This document shows positions 49,595-59,427 of a stretch of 64,000 nucleotides of DNA, piece after piece. The first letter of the stretch is position 1. Each line of letters begins with the position of its first letter. The notes under the pieces are model-generated. The model was not told where the DNA came from, did no database searches, and saw nothing but the letters and a program-made list of their open reading frames with translations. The position numbers and the translations under genes are program-made. The stretch is from an uncultured Gammaproteobacteria bacterium (lineage in GTDB: Bacteria; Patescibacteriota; Microgenomatia; Daviesbacterales; UBA10151). The stretch lies in assembly GCA_964500725.1 (NCBI GenBank), contig CAZCNP010000002.1:69347-133346 (forward strand), in the 5' to 3' direction.

Positions 49595-50721
49595 ATATTT
49601 TGATTCTTTCTTGGCGAGGACCTAAGCACCCTAATGCTGGTGGAGCAGAAATTTCTACACATGAACATGCAAAAGGCTGGGTAAAGGTAGGTCATCAAGT
49701 AACTTTGTTTACCTCTGCTTTTGTAAACTGTAAAATGGAAGAAGTAATAGATGGTGTAAAAATAATAAGGCGAGGAAGGCAAATACTTGGGGTTCAATGG
49801 GAGGCTTTTAAATGGTATATATTCGGTAAACACCCTGAATTTGATTTAGTAATTGACCAATTTCATGGTATTCCTTTTTTTGCTCCGTTATATATAAAGG
49901 TTAAGAAGTTAGCATTTATTCATGAAGTAACTAAAGAAGTTTGGTGGTTAAATCCTTGGCCTTGGCCACTGAATAGGATGGTAGCCTTTATTGGAATTGT
50001 ATTTGAACCAGTAATATTTTGGTTATATAGACATATTCCATTTATGACGGTATCAAAGTCTACGCGAGATGATTTAGTTGCTTGGGGAATCCGAAAAGAT
50101 AAAATTACTATAGTCAATAATGGGGTAAAGTTTCCAAAAGTAATGAGTTTTCCCGAGAAAGAAGGCAAAAAAACTCTTATTTTTTTTGGAGCGTTAAGTA
50201 AGGATAAAGGTATAGAGGATGCGCTTATAACTTTTAGATTAGTTAGTCAGACGGAAAAGCAACTACAATTTTGGGTGATAGGTGAAGCTGACCCCAGGTA
50301 TTTACAAAGATTAAAATTGGAAAGTAAAAAGCTAGGAATTGATCAGCTAGTAAAATTTTGGGGGTTTGTTAATGAGAAGAAAAAGTTTGAATTATTGACA
50401 AAAGCCTATTTAGCAATAAACCCTTCTGTTAGGGAGGGTTGGGGTTTAGTTGTGATCGAAGCTGCTGCAATGGGAACTCCTACTATTGGTTATAATGTCC
50501 CTGGATTAAGAGACTCGATAATAGATGGAAAAACAGGTTTACTATCTAAGCCAACTCCCGAGTCTTTAGCAGAAAGAGTATTATATCTTTTGAGGAAAGA
50601 TGCATTATATAAAAAGCTGCAAACTAAATGTATTAAATGGAGTAAACAGTTTAATTGGAGCAAGTCGGTATTAAAGAGTGTAAAATTAGTAAAAGAGGTA
50701 CAATCTGAATTAGTTAATTGA
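49591..50721 (+). CDS. GT4 glycosyltransferase
   Basis: WR...HP.AGGAE, KG, PS.REGWGLVVIEAA..GTP, VPGLRDS. Confidence 0.9.
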   Translation: MNILILSWRGPKHPNAGGAEISTHEHAKGWVKVGHQVTLFTSAFVNCKMEEVIDGVKIIRRGRQILGVQWEAFKWYIFGKHPEFDLVIDQFHGIPFFAPLYIKVKKLAFIHEVTKEVWWLNPWPWPLNRMVAFIGIVFEPVIFWLYRHIPFMTVSKSTRDDLVAWGIRKDKITIVNNGVKFPKVMSFPEKEGKKTLIFFGALSKDKGIEDALITFRLVSQTEKQLQFWVIGEADPRYLQRLKLESKKLGIDQLVKFWGFVNEKKKFELLTKAYLAINPSVREGWGLVVIEAAAMGTPTIGYNVPGLRDSIIDGKTGLLSKPTPESLAERVLYLLRKDALYKKLQTKCIKWSKQFNWSKSVLKSVKLVKEVQSELVN

Positions 50722-52521
50722 CTTTAGATCTTTCTTAACTTGATCGGTAATATCTAATACCTTTTTATCTATTAATCTCAGGGCAAAGAAATTATTTGAA
50801 TTGTAAAATATATCTTCAAAAATAAAGCCCTTGATGCCATCTCTGGTTACCATTAAGGATTTAAGTTTGTTAAAATCTGTAATTATTGGAGGAACCAGCT
50901 CTCTTCTAAAATTTATCTGCGGCCACCAGCCTGCCCAGCCAGCATTGCCATCTCCACGATATCCAGCGATAATATTTTTTTCGTAATAGTTCTTATTATT
51001 TAAGTCAGTATCCTTATCGATATATATCAAACGAGGATTTTCAATAGAAAGATTCTGATAATACGGTAGTAATTGTCCTCGCATGTAATTTTGATCCTCG
51101 AAATTACCAACAAACAGATAAGGGGAATCAAAAAGTTGTTTTATTTCCTGAACACTGATTACAAAATAAACCAGTATTAATAGGAAAGAAAAATACGCTA
51201 TTCTTTTGAAGAAGGTATTACGCAGTTTTTTATAAAGAACAACTGTAAATGTGCCAAGGAAAAAGTTTATGAATACCGTGGATAGCGTTAAGTAACGATG
51301 CTCGTTAAAAAAAAGAAGATTTCTTTCGTGGGTGCCTACCCACATACCAAAAATCATAATAAAAGAAAAAATAGGACCTAAGAAGAAGCCTACATATAGT
51401 GAGTTCCTATGTTCTAACCAATCTAAGAAAAAAGCTAGGGATAACCCTAAGATGTAAAAACCAATTGGGGATTTGTTTTCAAGATCAATTGAATAATTAG
51501 CGCCACCGGTTAATATAGAAGCTAGTAGTATACCAATAACCCATATTATAAAAGTGATCATAATGAATCTAGATGGATGCTTAGATAGAAGAAGCGCTAG
51601 TGCTGGCGTTAAGAAAAAAAATAGTAAATATATATAAGAGGGCCATATATAGGTTGGTAAGATAGTTGACGCAAATGCGGTAAAAGGTATTAACAGATAG
51701 CCGTTATCATTTCCAGATAAGTTATATTGTATTGTAAGGGCGAGAACAGTAGATATCCTTTCTGTAATATTGGCAGAGGTGATTAATGTTAGGATAATTG
51801 CTAGCAGTAGCGGTAATAAAAAAAAGACAAATCTCCTGATGTTTAAATTTAACTTATTACAAGATCTATTTCTAAATAAAACAAATAGTTCTGATAGTAA
51901 TATGATGATTACAAGAGGATAGGTTCTGGCGGTTGAAATAACAAAAGTTAAGAAAAGGAATATTAAGGCAAGGGGGTATAAGGGAAAGATTCTAGATTCC
52001 TTGCTTTTAATCAAATGGAAATATATCGTTAAAAATATTGACATAGTAGATATAGCTAAATAGTTTCCTGCAGTGACAACATTTAGTAAATCTCCTGTTG
52101 TGGCATAAGAAATGGCAAAAAAGATTGAAGAAACGAAAGCAACTAGGATACTCCCTGATAATACAAAAAATAGGGGATAAGTAGATAATGCAGCTAAAGC
52201 TTTAAAGAAATGTGCTGTTTGATGATAAGCAACAAAATTATCCCCCAAAAAGAAATTTAAAATACCGATATAATAATATTGGTGTAAATATAAGGTTGGC
52301 CATTCTTGGAGACTTTTCATAATGAATTGAACAGGATTTGGATATTGTCTTTTAAGTGTTATGAAAAAGGCAACAGACCCATCATCGATATCTCCAAAAC
52401 CATATTTTAATTGTGGTTGAAGAAGATAAATTTGACTTGCAAAAATAAGTGGAATAAGGATAAAGAAGAGGAAATGAGTTCTAAGCAATTTTTTAACACA
52501 ATTAACCAACTTAGCCTTCAT
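50710..52521 (-). CDS. Polytopic membrane protein, probably GT-C-like
   Basis: About 13 TMs, acidic DIDD loop after TM1, HRYL late in the membrane part, soluble C-terminal domain. Same architecture as the neighbouring GT-Cs but divergent. Confidence 0.55.
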   Translation of the reverse strand: MKAKLVNCVKKLLRTHFLFFILIPLIFASQIYLLQPQLKYGFGDIDDGSVAFFITLKRQYPNPVQFIMKSLQEWPTLYLHQYYYIGILNFFLGDNFVAYHQTAHFFKALAALSTYPLFFVLSGSILVAFVSSIFFAISYATTGDLLNVVTAGNYLAISTMSIFLTIYFHLIKSKESRIFPLYPLALIFLFLTFVISTARTYPLVIIILLSELFVLFRNRSCNKLNLNIRRFVFFLLPLLLAIILTLITSANITERISTVLALTIQYNLSGNDNGYLLIPFTAFASTILPTYIWPSYIYLLFFFLTPALALLLSKHPSRFIMITFIIWVIGILLASILTGGANYSIDLENKSPIGFYILGLSLAFFLDWLEHRNSLYVGFFLGPIFSFIMIFGMWVGTHERNLLFFNEHRYLTLSTVFINFFLGTFTVVLYKKLRNTFFKRIAYFSFLLILVYFVISVQEIKQLFDSPYLFVGNFEDQNYMRGQLLPYYQNLSIENPRLIYIDKDTDLNNKNYYEKNIIAGYRGDGNAGWAGWWPQINFRRELVPPIITDFNKLKSLMVTRDGIKGFIFEDIFYNSNNFFALRLIDKKVLDITDQVKKDLKSIN

Positions 52522-52536
52522 TGTTACAATTATATA

Positions 52537-54249
52537 TTAAAACTCTTTCGGGTATTCAAGTGGATACTTAGAAATAATATATTCTCCTAGGATTAAATAA
52601 TCCATATTAGTTCTAAAAAAAGCGGATATAGCATCTTGAGGAGTACAAACGATTGGCTCTCCGGCAAGGTTGAAACTAGTATTTAATAGTGCAGGGATGC
52701 CTGTGAGTTTATAAAACTCATTTATAAGATTCCAATATCTTGGATTAGTTTTTTTAGATACGGTTTGAGGTCTAACTGTTTTATCAATATGCATTGCTGC
52801 AGTTATATCTTTTTGTTTTTCTAGGCATACTCTAGATGAAAGAATCATGAAGGGTGAATTAGGAGTATCAACTAAATAATCTTTTGCATATTCCTGGAGG
52901 ATTGATGGAGCAAACGGTCTCCAATTTTCTCGGCCTTTGACTTTAAGATTAACTAAGTCTTTCATCTTTGGTATCGAAGGGTCTGCCAAAATTGAACGGT
53001 TTCCTAAAGCTCTTGGTCCTACTTCCATTCTTCCTTGAAACCAACCGATTATTTTTCCTTCTGATATTAATTTTGCTACCCTTTTTTCAATATTTTCTTC
53101 TTTTTTATAAAATGGTAGGTCGGCTTTCTTGATGACTTTTAAAATTTGATCATTTGAGAAGGATGGTCCCCAATATGCATGGTTTAATTTAAAATCAGGC
53201 CTTTTTCCTAATACATCTGTATGAATTGCCAATGCAGCTCCCAGGGCGGTTCCGGCATCATTACTAGCAGGTTGAATATAAATATTTTTGACGAAAGATT
53301 GCTTTAAGACTTGAGTATTTGCTAGACAATTCAGCGAAACTCCTCCTGTTAAACAGAAGTTACTAATTCCAGACTTTTCATATAAATATTTCGCCATATA
53401 GATATATGCTTGTTCTATGGTTTTTTGTAGCGACCCAGCGATGTTTCTATTAGGCTTGTCTAATGGATTATTGGATAATTTCTTACTCATTTGATTTAAG
53501 TAAGTTATCATTTTATTTTTATCAACTCTCAAAAACCCATCTTTAAAGCTTACGAAAGGAAAAATATCTACATTTTTATCTGCATATGAAGATAACCCCA
53601 TAACCTTACCAGGCCCATCATAACCGTCAAAACCCAAAAACTCGGTAAAGAATCCATATAAAAAACCAAGGCTGTCATTAATAGGAATCCTTTTTAAAAT
53701 ATTAATCTTTTCCCCATTTCCTATTGCCAATATTCCAGCTTCCTGCCCCCCGCTTCCGTCCATAGATATAATACAAGCATTTTTCATACCGGAACAAAAA
53801 TAAGTACTGGTAATATGAGCAAGATGGTGTCTAATAAATTGCACTCTTTTCTCTCGCCAATTAAAGGGAAGATTTAGAAGACCTTGATAACAAACTAGAA
53901 ATGGTTGGATAATTCCATAAGCTGTACCTGTTATCCATTTAGATTCTATATTTAATTTTGTCCTATTAGTAGAAAGCGTATTTTTCAGTAGGGAAAAGGT
54001 TTTAGTAACTAAATTACTCGTCAAGATTGTCAGATAATTATTGGATCCAATCCCAATATAATCGAGATCATCAATGGTAATATTGCCTTCCTTCAGACAG
54101 TAGTTAATAGAGTGGTAAGCAGGCTGATTAATGGAATGTTTAACTCGGTTAAACCGCTCTTCTTCAGCGAACGCGATAAGTTTACCATCAATTATTAGAG
54201 CGGCGGCCGGATTTAATGAGATAGGATGCGAAATTCCTAATATTTTCAT
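52537..54249 (-). CDS. O-carbamoyltransferase, NodU/CmcH/TobZ family
   Basis: EEERF.R.KH, HHLAH, DGSG, GKVMGL..Y, GGV.LNC.AN, D.GTALGAA, GRME.GPRALGNRSILA, RPFAPS, LNTSFN..GEPIV. Confidence 0.93.
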   Translation of the reverse strand: MKILGISHPISLNPAAALIIDGKLIAFAEEERFNRVKHSINQPAYHSINYCLKEGNITIDDLDYIGIGSNNYLTILTSNLVTKTFSLLKNTLSTNRTKLNIESKWITGTAYGIIQPFLVCYQGLLNLPFNWREKRVQFIRHHLAHITSTYFCSGMKNACIISMDGSGGQEAGILAIGNGEKINILKRIPINDSLGFLYGFFTEFLGFDGYDGPGKVMGLSSYADKNVDIFPFVSFKDGFLRVDKNKMITYLNQMSKKLSNNPLDKPNRNIAGSLQKTIEQAYIYMAKYLYEKSGISNFCLTGGVSLNCLANTQVLKQSFVKNIYIQPASNDAGTALGAALAIHTDVLGKRPDFKLNHAYWGPSFSNDQILKVIKKADLPFYKKEENIEKRVAKLISEGKIIGWFQGRMEVGPRALGNRSILADPSIPKMKDLVNLKVKGRENWRPFAPSILQEYAKDYLVDTPNSPFMILSSRVCLEKQKDITAAMHIDKTVRPQTVSKKTNPRYWNLINEFYKLTGIPALLNTSFNLAGEPIVCTPQDAISAFFRTNMDYLILGEYIISKYPLEYPKEF

Positions 54250-54368
54250 GAATGAAATTAGAGCTATTATAGAGTTTAACTATTTTTTAATCAATAGAAA
54301 CTGAAATTAGCTGTATTACTGAGTTTTACCATCTTGTATTATAGTTTTTAAATTTGGATAATCCTGTT

Positions 54369-55196
54369 ATGCAAAGTGCTTTAGTTTCTATTGTCATAAC
54401 AACAAAGAATGAGGTAGATGTTATAGGCAGATTATTAAAAAGTATTAGAAAGCAGTCATATAGAAAAGTTGAAATTATTGTAGTTGATAATAAATCAACT
54501 GATAGAACAAAGGCAATTGCAAAAAAATTTACAAAAAAAATCTATGATAAAGGTTCAGAAAGATCATCACAAAGAAATTTTGGTGCCCAAAAAGCAAAGG
54601 GTAATTATTTACTTTTTATGGATGCTGATATGGAGTTGTCTGAAAGAGTTGTCGAGGCATGTGTCGTTAAGACAGAAGGAAGTGATAAGATTGTGGCGTT
54701 AATAGTTCCGGAAATATCTAAAGGAAAAGGGTATTGGGAAAAAGTGAAGGCATTTGAAAGATCCTTTTATAATATAGCAGGTGATGACATTACAGATGCA
54801 GCTAGATTTTTTAGAAGAGAAGTATTTGAAAAGGCTGGGGGTTATGATAAAGAATTAACTGGTACGGAGGATTGGGAATTAACAGATAGATTAAGAACAA
54901 AAGGATTTTTAATTGATAGAATTGATGCTTCAATTTATCATTATGAAAGGATTCCTAATTTGTATTCGCTTCTTAAGAAAAAATATTATTATGGCTTAAA
55001 AAGCTATATTTATATCAAAAAACATAGTTTACAAATAATGAATCCAAAAATAATATATTTCTTAAGGCCAGTATTTTATAAACAATGGCAAAGAATGATA
55101 AAGCACCCAGTTCTTACTCTGTCTATGTTTTTTATGTTTGTATTAGAGATGATAGCTGGGGGATTAGGGTATCTAAGAGGTAGATATTATGAGTAA
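54369..55196 (+). CDS. GT2 glycosyltransferase
   Basis: VSIVI.T.NE, VDN.STD, ERS.QRNFGA, DADM, GGYD..L...EDW. ATG 54369. Confidence 0.87.
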   Translation: MQSALVSIVITTKNEVDVIGRLLKSIRKQSYRKVEIIVVDNKSTDRTKAIAKKFTKKIYDKGSERSSQRNFGAQKAKGNYLLFMDADMELSERVVEACVVKTEGSDKIVALIVPEISKGKGYWEKVKAFERSFYNIAGDDITDAARFFRREVFEKAGGYDKELTGTEDWELTDRLRTKGFLIDRIDASIYHYERIPNLYSLLKKKYYYGLKSYIYIKKHSLQIMNPKIIYFLRPVFYKQWQRMIKHPVLTLSMFFMFVLEMIAGGLGYLRGRYYE

Positions 55197-57189
55197 GCTC
55201 TCAGTTTTACAAATCTCACCATTCTTTTCACCTAATACAGGAGGGGTAGAAACCCATTTGGATGATTTGATAAAACTTGCAGGAAAAAGAAAGATTAAAA
55301 ATACTGTTATTGCGTATCAGCCCCTAGTGGGAAGCCAAAGAGATAAAGGTTTTGAAAGGAGGGGTAATAGCAAGATCTATAGAGTCAATTGGTTGAGGAA
55401 TATCTTTTATAAGACTGAAAAATATCCCATCCTTCATTTTATTTACCTAACTCCTTATTTAGCTTTAAGGAGTTTAATTATAATGAAAAAGGAAAGTAAG
55501 AAAATAGATATTGTGCATTCTCACGGCATAAATGCTGCAGTTATCGGAGTTTTAATAAAAAAGCTATTTAAGAAACCTTTAGTTGTAAGTCTCCATGTTG
55601 AATTAAATTTACTTAGAACGACATTTTCTACCAGGTTTATTTTGTTTTGTTTAAAAAAGGCAGACTGTATTTTAGTACTGACAAAAAAAACTAAAAAAAA
55701 GCTTATCAAATTAGGAATCGATGAAAGAAAAATTAAGCTTTTTTCGTATTGGGTTGACCAGCAAATTTTTAGTCCGCAAAATAAACAGCAAATAAGAAAA
55801 CAGCTGAAATGGGATATGCATTTTAATGTGCTTTTTGTTGGTCGTTTGGTTATTGAAAAGGGGGTTAAGGTTTTATTAGATGTTGCTAAGAAAATGCCGG
55901 ATATTCAATTTATTTTTGCAGGTACAGGCCAATTGGATAATGAAGTTAGGCAAAGAAGTAGGGAATATAATAATATTATTTACTTAGGAAAGATCTCTAA
56001 TACTAAGTTAACCACTTATTATAATGCTGCCGATGTGTTGGTGGTTCCTTCTCTAATAGAAAATGTAAAAAAAGAATACGAAGAAGGAGTTCCCAGGGTA
56101 ATAATAGAAGCATTATCTTGCGGTTTACCTATTATAGGAACTGATAACGGTGGAATGAAAGAGATAATTTCAGAGAGTATGGTAGGAAAAGTTTGCGAAG
56201 GCAGTTTGGAGGCCATAATTTTTGCTATAAGAGAGATATCAAATTCCAATCAAATGTATCAATACAAAAATAGGGCTAGGCAATATGCTTTAGAACGTTT
56301 TAATGAACGCAACGGTTTAATAATTATAGATACTTATGAAGAATTAAGGTTCCAGGCTTTAATTGAATCTAAATTAAAAGTCCTTTTAGAAAAAGTAGGA
56401 GATATGGCGTTAAAAAGGCGGGCTCACAGTGTAATTGAATCTTTGGACCTACAAAAGGGTAAGAAAATTTTGGATGTTGGTTGCGGGGATGGATTTTACC
56501 TTTATTTGTTATCAAATCTGGGAGTAAAGCTTAAGTTAGTAGGAATAGATTTAGAGGTAAGAGGTTTAAGAAGTGCCAAAAGGAATTTAAGAAAGAAAAG
56601 TATTACTTTTATCCAAGCTGATTTAATGAAGCGGTTACCGTTTGCTTCCAGCAGTTTTGATAATATAATCATGAGTGAAGTTGCAGAACACCTGTTAGAT
56701 GATGTTAAAGGCCTAAAAGAAGTTTATCGAATTTTAAAGCAAGGAGGTAAGCTTTTATTAACAGTGCCTTGTCAAAGTTATCCATTGTTATGGGATCCAG
56801 TAAATTGGATATTGGAACATTTATTTAAGACCCATATTAAAAGTGGTTTTTGGGCAGGTATTTGGAACCAGCATGTGAGGCTTTATTCTTTGAGAGGCAT
56901 TAATACGGTTCTAGAATCATCCGGTTTTAGTATAGAAAAATCCGAGATACAAACTTTCTGGTGCATTCCTTTTAATCACCATATTCTTAATTTAGGAGCA
57001 AGACTTCTAACAAGTAAGCGTTTGCCTAGCTCACTTGAGAATTCTGTTAATAAATTTTCGGAAAGCCCGAATAAAAATATTAATCCAATAAGCCTTTTTT
57101 TTGCAATTATTAATCTTATTGATAAACTGAATAATGTTTTATCAATTAATTCATCAGGAGTTTCAATTTTTGTTAAAGCAAGGAAATAG
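55189..57189 (+). CDS. Fusion of a GT4 glycosyltransferase and a class I SAM-dependent methyltransferase
   Basis: GGVETH, FVGRL..EKG and EG.PRVIIEALSCGLP, followed by ILDVGCGDG, LPF..SSFD, EVAEH and RILK.GG...TVP. Confidence 0.88.
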   Translation: MSKLSVLQISPFFSPNTGGVETHLDDLIKLAGKRKIKNTVIAYQPLVGSQRDKGFERRGNSKIYRVNWLRNIFYKTEKYPILHFIYLTPYLALRSLIIMKKESKKIDIVHSHGINAAVIGVLIKKLFKKPLVVSLHVELNLLRTTFSTRFILFCLKKADCILVLTKKTKKKLIKLGIDERKIKLFSYWVDQQIFSPQNKQQIRKQLKWDMHFNVLFVGRLVIEKGVKVLLDVAKKMPDIQFIFAGTGQLDNEVRQRSREYNNIIYLGKISNTKLTTYYNAADVLVVPSLIENVKKEYEEGVPRVIIEALSCGLPIIGTDNGGMKEIISESMVGKVCEGSLEAIIFAIREISNSNQMYQYKNRARQYALERFNERNGLIIIDTYEELRFQALIESKLKVLLEKVGDMALKRRAHSVIESLDLQKGKKILDVGCGDGFYLYLLSNLGVKLKLVGIDLEVRGLRSAKRNLRKKSITFIQADLMKRLPFASSSFDNIIMSEVAEHLLDDVKGLKEVYRILKQGGKLLLTVPCQSYPLLWDPVNWILEHLFKTHIKSGFWAGIWNQHVRLYSLRGINTVLESSGFSIEKSEIQTFWCIPFNHHILNLGARLLTSKRLPSSLENSVNKFSESPNKNINPISLFFAIINLIDKLNNVLSINSSGVSIFVKARK

Positions 57190-57204
57190 ATTAATTATTT
57201 ATTA

Positions 57205-58260
57205 TTAACCTCCGTAATTTTTAATTGGTGGAGCTACTTTTAACAGTTTTAGAGTTTCATAATAGATGATCATTATAATTGTGTAGTAGCATAAAGGTAT
57301 GTGAATACAATAGATGATTTTTTTACGGGTTAAAAGAAAATATATCGAATCTTTCAAAGGGAATATAAAGCTGAGGGTGTAGGGGATAAATAGATATTTT
57401 TTTAACTTAAACCATAAAGATTGGAATTGGTTACGACCCGAATATCCTGCTTTGCCCATGTCGGTATTGAAGATATTATTCTTAATTCGAGAATTAATTT
57501 TCTTTAAATATTTATTAAGTGAAGCAGATGAATAGTGAACGGTACTATCATTTTTTGTTATAGCAATAAAATCTCCCTTTTTGTTTAATAAATAAAATAA
57601 TAAAGCGATTAAATGAGGATTTCTTTTTAAGTTAGGGAATACCTTCTTTGCATACTTAAGATCGAACATGCATCCTCCAGCCCACAATTCTATCTGTGGG
57701 AGTAATTTAATACTGGATAAATCCAATATGACGAAGTTATTAGTGTTAGAGACAACAGGGTATTTTTCAGACCATTCTCTTACCATAAAGTATTCATTTT
57801 TGGATTCATGATAGATAAAAAAAGAAAAAGGATCTCCAAAATCATTAATATAATAATTTATTGAGGGATAATTTAAGGGTGTTTTATAACCGCCTAATAA
57901 TACTGCCTTAACTTGAGGATTTTTTCTAAAAGCAGAATATTTGATCTTTAAACTATCGCGATTATCGAGAACCTCATCGCTGTCTAAATAGATAATATAT
58001 TTTCCGGTTGCCTTTAGAAAACCGAGATACTTAGCGTAGATTAATTCTACTTTCGAGTTAGTGATAATTTTGCAACGATATTTTTTTGCTATATTAATTG
58101 TTTGATCATTAGATCTACCATCTACTACTAAAATTTCAATTTTATCCTGAGGGTATGACTGCTTCTTTATAGATTCTAAAGTCATTTTGACTGTTTTCTC
58201 TGAGTTAAATGTAGCTACTACGATACTAATAATAGGATATGTATCAAGTTTTTTTATCAT
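57205..58260 (-). CDS. GT2 glycosyltransferase
   Basis: ISIVVATFNSE, Q.YP, VDGRS.D.T, YLDSDE; hydrophobic C-terminus. Confidence 0.82.
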   Translation of the reverse strand: MIKKLDTYPIISIVVATFNSEKTVKMTLESIKKQSYPQDKIEILVVDGRSNDQTINIAKKYRCKIITNSKVELIYAKYLGFLKATGKYIIYLDSDEVLDNRDSLKIKYSAFRKNPQVKAVLLGGYKTPLNYPSINYYINDFGDPFSFFIYHESKNEYFMVREWSEKYPVVSNTNNFVILDLSSIKLLPQIELWAGGCMFDLKYAKKVFPNLKRNPHLIALLFYLLNKKGDFIAITKNDSTVHYSSASLNKYLKKINSRIKNNIFNTDMGKAGYSGRNQFQSLWFKLKKYLFIPYTLSFIFPLKDSIYFLLTRKKIIYCIHIPLCYYTIIMIIYYETLKLLKVAPPIKNYGG

Positions 58261-59345
58261 TTCATTAGGAAATCTACAATAATTTTAGATGGTTGCACTT
58301 TGGTGGTTATAGGGGGATTGATGTATTTGGTATATTCTTGCAGAAAAGACAAAGTAGTTTCTCTGTTGTTTTTACTTATAACTACATTTTTATTAATTCC
58401 TTCTATACGTTCTGTGTTATTTCGTAAAGAGAGCATCGGTAAACCCATATAATAAGCTTCTTCTTGGTTGATGCCGCCATCCGTGGCGATAAATTCGGCA
58501 TTTTTCATAAAATGGACGAATTGGACATAGGGTAAACGTGGAATAACAGTTATACCTTTGGCATTTATCCATGATTTAAATACTTTGGGTTTCATCAATC
58601 TTTTTGTTAAGGTATACATCATCAAGGCGCAGGTTAAGTTTTTATCAGCGTGATCAATTATAAAGTTTAGTATTCGTTGAGTCTGTTTCTTTTGAAAATA
58701 GATATGCTCTTGCCTATGCATAATTAAAACATAGTATTTAGCAATTTTTTTCCGGCGGTCTAATGAACTCTCTTTCTGTAGTGCCCAAAGGTAAGATTCG
58801 AGAAGCGTATTTTGATGAGTATTAACTCTGGTTCCTCTGATATTCTTTAAGTTGTCAAAGGCCCACTTTGTAGGACTAAACAAGATATCGGAGAGATGGA
58901 TGATTATAAACCTGCATATCTCTTCCGGAAAAGGCTCAAAAAAATTAAAAGATCTTAATCCAGACTCTATATGTACTAGTTTCAACCTATATCGGATAGC
59001 AATAATAGCTCCTATTAAAGCAGAGATTGTATCGCCGTGTATTATGAAATAACTATTGCTTTTATTTAAACCTTTGAATTCTTTATTCAAAATGATACAA
59101 GATATGAACAATGTTTTAATAGCCCAGAGAAAGAAATGTATCATTGAAGATCGTTGGGATTTTTCAGCGAGCGCTATATCGGCTCTTAAGATTCCGCAGT
59201 ATTCCGCTAAATCCTCGAAATTTATTCTGTTTTGGCCAGATGTAATAATCTTAAAATGAATACCCCTTGATTTAAGCTCTTTTATTACAGGAGCTAGTTT
59301 AATAAATTCAGCAGTAGTCCCCAGAAAAAAATAGATTTTTTTCAT
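58257..59345 (-). CDS. wecB: UDP-N-acetylglucosamine 2-epimerase family protein, divergent
   Basis: GT.AE.IKLAP, HGDT, HIESGLRS, PFPEE..R, HR.E, TDGG..QEEA, R..TER.EG. Confidence 0.8.
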   Translation of the reverse strand: MKKIYFFLGTTAEFIKLAPVIKELKSRGIHFKIITSGQNRINFEDLAEYCGILRADIALAEKSQRSSMIHFFLWAIKTLFISCIILNKEFKGLNKSNSYFIIHGDTISALIGAIIAIRYRLKLVHIESGLRSFNFFEPFPEEICRFIIIHLSDILFSPTKWAFDNLKNIRGTRVNTHQNTLLESYLWALQKESSLDRRKKIAKYYVLIMHRQEHIYFQKKQTQRILNFIIDHADKNLTCALMMYTLTKRLMKPKVFKSWINAKGITVIPRLPYVQFVHFMKNAEFIATDGGINQEEAYYMGLPMLSLRNNTERIEGINKNVVISKNNRETTLSFLQEYTKYINPPITTKVQPSKIIVDFLMK

Positions 59346-59427
59346 TTTTATACCGTCCGATGTTATTATAATCTATTATTTTTATAAATCCCTAGCTTTT
59401 TCAAAAAAAAGAATAGATAATGTTAAT

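Noticed and set aside
51307-55700. A8 homopolymer runs (e.g. 51307-51314, 55683-55700) as phase-variation tracts
   Set aside because: Runs of this length are expected in such AT-rich DNA, all frames are intact, and there are no long G/C tracts.
590-59259. Many 60-156 aa ORFs nested in or antisense to long genes (e.g. 590-934, 22854-23210, 30608-30964, 48787-49257)
   Set aside because: All lie within well-supported CDSs, show no motifs and are expected as shadow ORFs.
34950-59427. Possibility that the minus-strand cassettes are invertible (shufflon or phase-variable) segments
   Set aside because: I found no flanking inverted repeats at the junctions inspected, and no recombinase is encoded in the window.
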